NCBI GenBank assembly: GCA_002104945.1
Contig: MCFH01000026.1
Span: 372,001 to 436,000 of the forward strand
DNA length: 64,000 nucleotides
Reading direction: 5' to 3'
DNA from: Piromyces finnis finn
Lineage: Eukaryota > Fungi > Neocallimastigomycota
Shown here: positions 51,029 to 61,790 of the stretch, in pieces
Layout: the number at the start of each line of letters is the position of its first letter
Numbering within the stretch: position 1 is the stretch's first letter
The notes under the pieces: generated by a model
Seen by the model: the letters and a program-made list of their open reading frames with translations, nothing else
The model's database searches: none
What the model was told of the DNA's origin: nothing
Made by a program: the position numbers and the translations under genes

Positions 51029-51790
51029 TTAAATACATTGATGATAGTAATCACTTATTTTACGACAAGTAGATCCAGCTTGGCAACAAGTAGGTCCATT
51101 ATAATTTTTTCCTCCACATTGAACCTATTTACCAGCACAATTTTGAGGGGTTTCTGCATTAGTACTTGGTAACTGTTACGGTTTCCTTTACAGTAATTGT
51201 TTCTTTTTCAGTAATAATTTCTAAAACTGTTTTTGGAGTGCATGCATTATTTCCGGTAGAACTTGTGGAAGTAATTGTACTACTGGTGGTGTTTGTAACT
51301 ACCTTTGAGGTAATGATACTACTGGTGGTGTTTGGAACTACTTTTGAGGTAATGGTTCTTCTGGTAGTATCATTTGGTATTGATTTTGTTTTTCTACATT
51401 TCTGGGTCACATAATTACATGAACCAGTCATATAATCATTAGAGACGTAAGTAGTGTAGGTATAGTTCACATTAGCTTCATTTGATTTACATTTTGGAAT
51501 AGGTAATTCATTTGCGAATGTACATTTTGGTAATATTTTTGTTGTAGTAATTGTACGTCTAGTACTAGTACTTGTAGTAGGTACTTCTTTTAGTGGAGTT
51601 GTTTTTTCCTGACAAATTATTATCGCATCACAACATGTAGTAGTACTCATAGAAGTCCAAGGGCCGCATTTCGTACTACAATATTTCCTTTTATATTCAC
51701 TGGAAGTACTATTAGGTAAACTTTTGGCTAGATGGCTAACAATCTGGCTGATTACCAAAACAATAGTAAAAAATATTTAATTTACCTCAT
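51029..51790 (-). pseudogene. Disrupted secreted Thr-rich protein with C-terminal CBM1 cellulose-binding module
   Basis: Past the 199-aa ORF stop, a shifted frame reads [37 protein letters not shown], a CBM1 (QCGG...TCC...C...YY.QC) with TAG at 51125-51127 and a frameshift near 51168. The signal-peptide-like 5' end (IFFTIVLVISQIVS) is out of frame with the ATG at 51790. Confidence 0.8.
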
Positions 51791-52968
51791 TTTAGTATTA
51801 TTCAAAAAATTAATATATTTTGGAGATAGTAGTATTATGGCTTATAATTTTTTACAATACATTTTTGTCATTATTTTATTTTTTTCATTTAATTTTTTGT
51901 ATTGTATTTATGGCTTATATAATTAATTAAATACATTTCCATGACTCTACAAAAACGAAAATTCCAAACTTTATTAATAAAATAAATTTATCTGTAACAT
52001 TACATTATGTATACATAATATATACATTATATGAATGGTTTTATAATAAACTTTAATTCATAATAATTTTGAATTCCTTTATATTTAGTTTTAGAGTATA
52101 ATACTAAAAAAAAATTCAAGATATAATGTATAATATAAACAATGGGATGATGTAATAAATCTTAATGACTATTAAATATTCATCATGTGATTTTATGTAT
52201 CATATGATTTATGATATTAATAAAATGTATTTTTCTTATAAAAGAAATCATAAAAAAATTTGAAAAATTTTATTTCAATTATTTTTTTTCTATTTCATCT
52301 AAATAGTGATAGTGATAATGGTACTATATATATTATCACTACTATCACTACTATCACTATTAACACTACTATAAATACTATCACTACTATCACTATTAGC
52401 ATTATCACTATACACTACTTTTACTACACTATCATTCCATTATTTTATATTTTTAAAAATAGAATAATAGAATAATATTAAAATTTCATTTAAAATTGAA
52501 ATAAACTATCAATGATTAATTTCCTTATATGTAAAATTGTTTACCTTTTCTATTTAAATAAAAATTAAAATAGAATATAAAAAATATGCTTTTTAATGTA
52601 TTTCTCTTAAATAAAGTATTTTATTTTTATTGATTCTCTATAACTACCTCCAAATTTCTTTTTTTTTTCATTTTTAAATATATATAATTATTATTTTTTC
52701 AAAATAAAAAAAAAAGGTTATATTCTCTCTTTTCATTTACATCATCCACTTTTACCAATCCACTTTATGAAAATTAAAATTATAATTAACAAAAACTTAA
52801 TCTGAAACGTTTCACAAAAATAAATTTGTAAATATTTTTACCAATAAAAATTGACGTATGACAAATTAAATTAAAAATATAACTTTATTTCTTTATAGAA
52901 TTTAACTTTTATTAATTTAATTTATTTTTATATTAAAAACTGTATCAATATCCTAATTCATCACCCAA

Positions 52969-53056
52969 AAAATTAAATAAATAAATATTATAAAATTAAA
53001 TAAATAAATATTATAAAATTAAATAAATAGATATTATAAAATTAAATAAATAAATA
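52969..53056. repeat. 24-bp tandem repeat (AAAATTAAATAAATAAATATTATA), about 3.5 copies
   Basis: Read directly. Confidence 0.85.
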
Positions 53057-54730
53057 GACATTATTTTTTCTATTTTCAATTTAATATTTAGCAGATATAA
53101 AATGAATATGAACCAATGTGAATTAAATAATTAAGAAAATAATAAAATAATATATTCCTTCAATCATAACAACCATAACCATTTTCCTTTTTTTTTTTAA
53201 AAAAATTGTTATTCCATATTTTTTTATTATTAATGACATTAGCTAAAAAGGAAATGTCTGGCTACAATGTACCTGTTGAATTTGTTTTAGTTCTGGTTTA
53301 TGGCCAATAAAACTTTAAATATTATAATTTCTATTTTTTAAATGAAAGCATTGTTCCTATACTTAAAACATAAATTAATTTAAATCATAAATTAGAATAT
53401 AATCTAATATATATAAAATTATAATATTTAAAGTTGATGATTGAAAATGATATAATTCTTAAAACACAAATCAATTAGGAATTTTATTTTTAAAGGTTAC
53501 ACAAAATGTTGTACAAAAATAAAAAAAAAAGGAAATTTTGTAGGTGGATGTTGAAAAAAAAGTGGTAAAAAATTAGGCAAAAAAAAATTTAAAAAAAAAA
53601 AAAAGTGGTAGAATAAAATATAAAAAGACAAACTTTCTTTATTTCAAAGACAAACTTACTCTTTTGAAAGCATTCTTTTGTAATACTTTTTTTTAGTAAT
53701 ATTCTCTTAAAACCATACTACAATACTCTTTTTTTTTTTTTTTTAAAAAATTCCATCCATAAATTTAAAATAATAATAAAACCAAAAATTTTTAAATTAA
53801 ATTAAATAATAAATTTTAATTATTAAAAAAAAAAAATATTTTTCTTTTTTTAAAAAAAAAAAGCAAAAAAAGCAAAAAACTTTTTATATCATAAATTGTA
53901 GATGTAAGTTGTTGTTGTTGTTTTTTCAGGAACAAGAAGAAGAAGAAGAAGAACAAGAACAACCTTTTAAATAAAGTTAAATTTACATAAATACTCACAT
54001 TGAAAAAAAAAAAGGTTTTTTTAATAATTGTTAAAAAGGAAAAGAAAAAAAAAAAATAAATAGAAATTTATATCTCTCTCATGATTATTATATAAATTGG
54101 GCTTATATTTATATATATTTATATGAAGTACTAATTAAAAATAAAAACATTATTTCTTTTATGTAATTTTTAAAAGTCACAATATATACTAGATAAAAAG
54201 AAAAGAAAAAAAAATAGTATTATTGTATATACTACCACCTATTTATAATTCAAAAATAACTCTATATACTATTAGTTATTTGAAAAACAAAGATATCTAT
54301 ATTGGCTATTTTTTTTTTTTTTTTTTACCATCTCTATGGATATTTTATATTTAATATATCATACTAAAGTATAGTTTTATGTAAATATATATTATAATTC
54401 AACATACCCCGCTCTATTTAATACAATAGATATAGTCAACTATTAAAATTTATAAAACTGAAATAGATTAAAAATTTCATGATATTAGTAATAAATTAAA
54501 TCTATCTCTCATCAATATTACCATTTATAGTCTTTTTTAGTTTTTTTTTTTTTTTTCTTTTTTACAAATAGAAATAATAAAAGAAAAAATAAATAAAAAA
54601 AAATATTGAAAATTTATTATATCTATATATCCATAAAATCATTTAAAATAAAATTGAAAAAAAATACACTCAATATCTACAAAACCTTTATCCATTTTAA
54701 TATTTATTTAGTTTTCAAAAGAAGAAAAAA

Positions 54731-56486
54731 ATGGATCCAGAAATAATCAAAGTTGATGTTTACGAACAAAATAATGACCCAAACTATTCTGAAAATTTAA
54801 TATGGCTAAAAGCAGAATTTATAATGTTGGTTATTTCAAATACCTTTTACTTTGTTATGGTTATTAAATCTATATCGCGCTTTTACAAAACAAAAGATTG
54901 GCATTTTTTATTCTTATTTGTAGCCGCTTCATTTGCGCTATTAAATAACTCAAATGATATTTACTATCGAATCACTACAACAATAACACCAAATATAAAT
55001 TGTCATAAAAATTTTTTAAGATTTTTTATTATTTCAGCGACGTTAAATTGGGTACCAATATCTTATTATCAAGTCACAAGATTATACCGTATTTGTATTA
55101 ATTATTATAGAAAAAGTTATTATATAAGTATTATTGTTATGAGTTTAGTATTTAGTATCCTTTATTCCTATTACTATTTCAAAAATCTTGGAGAATTTGA
55201 AGCAGTAAGAAGTAAATTTGGAGGTTGTGTCGTTACCAATTCAGATATCTATGGTTCTAGAGTGGAAGTTTTTGATATATTGGATACTGGATTTTCTGCT
55301 ATTGTAATCATTTTTACCCTTTTTGTTTCCCTGAAAAATCTTAAAAGATATAAACTTCGTCATCTCAAAATAAAATCAATGCTCGACGAAAATGTGGTTT
55401 TATTCTTTATATTAACCATATCAAAAATTACCCTCTATGCTATTATTAAACAAAATGCTTCAAAACCTGGTGGTGATATTTGGTGGGATTCCTTATCCGT
55501 CATTGTTCTTTCCTGTGCTTATCGATTAATGAATTTAAAACCAAAATTAAATGTAAGTTGTCTTTTTTTTTTTTTTTATCTACTTAATAAAAAAAAATAG
55601 GGAATCATCATCTTTAATTTATGATACCTTTATTATTATTAAAATATATAGATGAATTCTAATAATAAGATTAAGAATTCATATATATATATTTTATACA
55701 TTTTAGATATCTTTTTTTTTTTTTACTATCCTTTTCATTAAAATTATACTCTTTTATTATTACTATCCATTTCATTTAAATTTATTATACTTTTTTTTAT
55801 TATTATTATTATTTTTATTAAAATTTAAATAAATTTTTTTTATATATGTCTTTTTATATTTTATCAATATATTCTTTTAGCAAAAATTAGAAGAGCCATT
55901 ATATCAAAGAAATAGGAATTTATTAAAGGATTTAGCAATAAATAATCGTCAAAATCAAATTAGAAAAGATAAATTATTATATAATAGAAATTCAAAAGGA
56001 GAGTTGAATTTCCCAAGTTTAATGAAAAAAAATAATATTATGGATATCAATGAAAATCATTTTATTTTTAGTAGTAATCAAAATAAATACAATGATTTTG
56101 GTCATATAAATTTAAATAATAATTATATGAATAGATTTAATAATAATAATAACAACAATAATAATAATAATAATAATCCATATCCTATCAATCCATATAC
56201 ATCCCCAAAAATACAAAGTCCTACCAGTTCACACTCTAATATTAATATAAGTAATTCAAATATATTTGATAATACCTCGCCAATAAATGCAAATCAACGG
56301 AAAAAGAGTAATAAAATGGCAAATATCAATCTAAGTCATGATTATGATTTTGAGGATTCAAATCTAAGTAGTAGTAGTTACCCTGCAACAAATAATAATA
56401 TTAATAATGGTTTAATAAATAATTCAAGTTATGCCATTAGTAGTCATCACTCTTTTAATTTTAATATGTATAAAAATCAATATTAA
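54731..56486 (+). CDS. Seven-transmembrane GPCR-like membrane protein with Asn-rich cytoplasmic tail
   Basis: Exon 1 54731-55552 has about seven hydrophobic segments, a Cys at the top of TM3 (NCHK) and a Cys in ECL2 (GGCVV); phase-0 intron to exon 2 55881-56486 (QKLEEPLYQRNR...poly-N...NQY*), which joins the ORF-track 56004 ORF. Confidence 0.7.
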
Positions 56487-56631
56487 TATTAAAAGAATTT
56501 ACCAATTGTTTTTGTAGTATACTATTTTTTTTATATTATATAATATCTATATACCACCTCCAAAAAAAGAAAAAACAATATAAACATTTTTATATATAAT
56601 AAGGGAAGAAAAAAAAAAAAAAAAGCTTTTT

Positions 56632-56662
<31 letters not shown>

Positions 56663-56670
56663 CAAATAGC

Positions 56671-56708
<38 letters not shown>

Positions 56709-56939
56709 TTATTGCATGATATTATAATTATCATAATGTTACAATAATTAATTAGATAAAATCAAAAAAAAAATATATATATATATATATATAATAAATC
56801 AAAAAAAAAAAAAAAAAAAAAAGATTTTATAATAGAAATTATTAGATTTAAAATAGAATACACGAAATTATTATTAATGTATACTATTATAGATTGTTAA
56901 AAAAATAAATAAATAAAAAATAAAATATATATCTTTTTT

Positions 56940-58790
56940 AAAAGTCAATGAAACGTCTTCTTCCTTGAATTTAAAAGATGGATCATACTATTTAATATTA
57001 TCCCCTAAAATAAAAATAAATTTGTGTTTTTGTTTTTAAATGTTGGCTTTATTTCCCATATTATTAGAGATTACCAATTTATTTTCATTTAATAAAAATT
57101 CAATTTTATTAGGCGATCATGTCCTCATTAGGCTTTTTTTTTAAAATATATATATGTATGGGTATGTATATATGTGAGTGTGTGGGTGTGTGAAAAAGCT
57201 ATTAAAAAAAAATAATAAAAAATGTATATTTTTAAAGCTAAATTATCATGAATATTATGATCTCTTTGTATGTATAAGGATTTAAAAAGTTATAAAAAGT
57301 CTTATAAATAGTATTTTCAATATCTTTCTTCTTTAGTGTATATTTCTGTAATTAATTTAAAATATATAAAGAAAGGGAGGGTTAAATTATCTTTGATATC
57401 ATAAAATACCTCCTTTGAATTACACTATAGGAATCTTTAAAAGATACTCGGAATATTATGAAAGAATAATCACCATTTTTCGTTCCATAACAAGACATTA
57501 GTATGTTGCTGTATTTATCACGATCACGACCCATAAAATGAGTTAAACTATTTATATATTTGATGACACTATGAAAAAAAAAAAATAAAAAAATATATAT
57601 ATATATATAAATAAAAAAAACCATTTTTAACTGCATTAAAATATTTTGTTTATGTAATTCAGAATCAATAGACATTGAATTAATATATCATATACATCTC
57701 AAGATCGATTATTTATCCATATATTCCTTATTAAATAGCTCATCTAAACCTAAACCTGTAAAGTTTTATTAAAAAAAAAAAAAAAAAAAAACATTGGTTG
57801 AAACAAAGTTAATCTTAACAATATCTTTCACTCCCGATAATACAACATTTATCTAATATTTTTTGTTTTGTCCTCTTTATTTAAATGAACCATTTAAATT
57901 AGATAAATATCTGTCATTCAAATTCCAAGTTTTGTTTATTAAAAATAATCTATAATAAAATTATTTTCTATTTTATACTATAAATCAATATGACCTTTTC
58001 TATTCTAATATTTATTATTATTAATAGTCATAGTTGTTGTTGTAGTTGCAGTAGTATTGTTAAATATATAATGAAATGTTTAAAAAACTTTTTTAAAGAA
58101 AATAAGAGTTACCACCTCATATTAAAAAAAAAAAAAATTAAAAGAAATTGATCGTGATAAAGTTTGTTAAACCAAGTATTGATATTTTAATAGCTTACTA
58201 GTTTTACATCAAAAATTACTTTTACAAAATTTAACTGATAGGTAAATAATCATAGTAATAGTAATGAATTAAAGTTAAAGAAATTATATGAAATAACCCA
58301 TAATAAGATAGATTATGATTATGATATAATTAAGGATTAATTCTTTGTAATAAAGTAAAGAATTAACCCCCCGGCTTTAACAATAATTATTTAAAAATAA
58401 TTATAATAAAAAACAAACAAACAAATAAAAAAAAAAAAGGTAATATTTAATACAAAATATATAATAAATATAAATTTAAAAACTTTTATCTTATTCCACC
58501 TATTATAACTACTTTTTACAATAAAAAAGTTATAAGAAGGTTGAATTTTTTTAAAAGATAAATAGAAGATTCTAAATTCTAATGAAGTTTTTTATTAATA
58601 AATAAAGTTTATTAATATCAACATTTTCCATCAAGAATTAAAGAGGATTACTTTATCTTTTTTTTTATCAACACTTTTTTTTTCATTGCTTTCATCTATT
58701 ATACTCTAATAAATAGCCATGCTTTTAATGATTTTACATAAAAATGAAAATAATAGTAGGATATTGTAAAAAAGAAATCCGTTATGACAT
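56940..58790 (-). pseudogene. Decayed multi-exon gene, possibly a GT34-like (DxD) glycosyltransferase
   Basis: Stop- and frameshift-ridden fragments in order: hydrophobic RFLFYNILLLFSFLCKII; KDKVILFNS; NTWFNKLY; EFE*QIFI; LCFNQ/GLGLDELFN; THFMGRDRDK, separated by GT-AG-like introns. Family call by motif order only. Confidence 0.35.
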
Positions 58791-59619
58791 TTTATTATTA
58801 GTTTTTGAATATTTATCAATATATATATAATTTTTTTTGGGACCTTTTAAATTAAAATTATGTTTAAAAATAGTTTTTTTTTTTTTTTTTTTTATTTTTT
58901 ATCTAAAAAGTGATATACTATCCTTATTATTCTTGTTATTCTTGTTATATTTAATAGTATATTGACCTTTGGTTAGATTATTACAGTTAGTAATGTTAAT
59001 TCCTTCAAAAAAAAAAAAAAACATTTATTATTAATTAAATGAATGGGCAATGTTTAAACAGTTATTTCATTAATATTAATTCAATATTTATAGATAGATA
59101 GATAGATAGATTTTTTTTTTTTTGAAAATAAATAATTTTAATATATAACTTTCTCTCTATAATTTCTATTGATAATATAATTATAATTATTCATAATTAT
59201 TACATAAATACATTTGAAATAAAACAATGTTACCTGTTATTTATACACTATCATCGATAATACTTTTTAAAAGTGTAAAATTAGTGTATTACCCTTTATT
59301 TTAAAATATTTATAATATAATAAATTAATTATTTTTTTTTTTTCATTTCTTTAAATGGTATAAATTGATTATCAAGCATTGTAGGAAGAAATTATTTTAT
59401 TTTCTTCATTTACATGGCATAATATTTAATTTTATTACTTTAGTTAATTTTATATATTAAGTAAATTATAAAAAAAAAAAAAGTTTTAAATAATAAAATG
59501 ATATTCATTATTCTTTTATTATTAATTTATATATTATATTTTAATACTTTTTATGTATGATGATTTATAACTTATCCTAGATTTTGTAAGGATTTATTAT
59601 TATATATACAACCATAATA

Positions 59620-60350
59620 TCCATAACATAAAGGTTAATAACATACCATGTATTGAACTATCACTATCACTCTATCTAAACGATGTAATATAACATTTTT
59701 CTTTTAAACAATACAAGGAAAACCATTCTTCATTAGTGGTACAAGTATCACTATCTAATTTACCAACAATGTGTATATATAATGTATTAATATCACAAAA
59801 AATATTATATAAAAGTGTTTCTTGACAATGAACTATTTGTATATTATTATTAAATCCATAATAATTATTAATACATTTATTAAACATTGTGAACCATCAC
59901 CACATTGTACCCTACTATTATAATTTATTAATTCATCAAACCATGTATTCTTTTATATTTCCATTTTCATCTTTAAAATTTATCAAAGTATCATTTTTTG
60001 AAAAATCTACATATATTATTTATACAATAAAATAATCAACACAATGCGGATTAGTATAAAGAATTAAATAGTTCATCCATCCCTATTTATATAATTATAT
60101 TATTAATATTATTGATATCCGATGCAATACTACTTTTAAATTTAAATACTAATAAATATTCATATTCGTTGTTATGGTTGCTATGGTGATGGTAGTTGTT
60201 ATGGTAGTTGTTATGGTTGTAGTGGTTGCTGTGGTGGTGGTGCTTTTTTTAATATTTGTTTTTAAATATTTTTAATCTTTCCCTAAAAACCAATCAAGAC
60301 ATTTTTATTTCAGCCAAAGAAAATGCTATAAAAAATTTATTTATATAAAT
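59620..60350 (-). pseudogene. Decayed secreted Thr-rich/Cys-rich protein of a type I recall as expanded in anaerobic fungi
   Basis: Fragments: KFFIAFSLAEIK; STTTTATTTTITTT linker; YFYCINNIC/DFSKNDTLINFKDENGNIKEY; VQCGDGSQC/NKCINNYYGFNNNIQIVHC...GKLDSDTCTTNEE...C...C...SDSD, with several stops and frameshifts. Confidence 0.5.
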
Positions 60351-61790
60351 GAATTTTTTTTTATTTCTATTTTATTAATGTTTGTGGTTTTTTTTTTTTT
60401 TTTTTTTTTGGTTTTTTATTATTCTACATTACAATACATTATAATACGTTATTAATAACTATTTATTAGAAACGTAAGTAAACCATACATACAATTATAT
60501 TATTACAATACATTATTTCTTATTACATTATTTCAATACATTACTTTATTACATTATTTTCTATTATTAATAAAAGATGATCCCATATTGAAAATAAAAA
60601 ATAATTAACCCCTATAATATCTATAATAATATTTAATTAAATTAATTAATTAATTAATAAAAAACTATCCATTCATAGAATAAAATTAAATGTATGAAAA
60701 ATAATAATATAAATAAATCTAAAGAATTAAATAAATAACTAAATAAATTATTTCAAAAGAAATTGAAGATCACATCAACAGAAGATATATATAAATAAAA
60801 GTTACTTTTAATGACGTTGAAAATCCATAATTTAATTTATTTATTTGAATGTAAAAAGAGTATGTTGATAAAATAAAACAATAATAAACTATAGTCCTAT
60901 ATATTTATTTAATAAACTATTTAAAAAATAAACAAACAAATTTTAAAATCATGGTTGATCTAATGAAAGACGTCGTTTTAAGTGTAGTTTAGAATTTATA
61001 AAAAACAATTTAAATGGTATATATATATATATATATCATTATTATTATTGTTATATTGACACGTTTTTCTATTTTGAAAATAAAATATAAATATGTTGAT
61101 AAAGCAATAATAATAGTAATGATAAAATGAAAAATTATAATACAAATGTTTTTTTTTTTTCAACACTTTGTAAAATTAAATCATTGATAAAAACGTTTTG
61201 TTATAAATATATATTAAATAACCAAAAACAAAATGATAATTTATAAATAATAATGATATTAATAAACATAACAACAACAACAACAATAATAATAATAATA
61301 TTATTAATATTAATACTAATAATTTTACTTTTATCATTAACCCAATGCTTATTTTTAAAATTAAATATAATAATAAACTAATTTTTTTTTTTTTTTTTTT
61401 TTCTTTCTTTTCTATAAAATGAATACATTATCATAATTTTCTAGTTATAAAAAGAAAAGTATACCTATGAAAAAATAATCAATAAGGAAAAGAAAAAGAC
61501 TATCTTTATTAAAAAATATATACATAGTAATATCAAAAAAAAAAAAAAAAAAAAAAAAAGAGCATTTAGTAAATTGTGAAAAGAGAAACTACAAATTTTT
61601 CATTAAAATTTGAATATATATATTTTTTTTTTTTAAAAAAAAAAGAGAAAGACATTAGTAATAACGTAAACTACCAACACAAAATATTTTCAATTATCAT
61701 AATATTATAAAAATATAAACCATTGTTTTTTATTTTTTGATATTATCACTTTAAGACATATTTTAATAATTGGTCATTATAATTATAGAA

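Noticed and set aside
52260-52475. Thr/Ile-rich 71-aa ORF
   Set aside because: Degenerate ACTATC repeat; no domain or splice support.
53230-53310. Short coding-like stretch MTLAKKEMSGYNVPVEFV
   Set aside because: Only 25 codons with no recognisable motif or exon partners.
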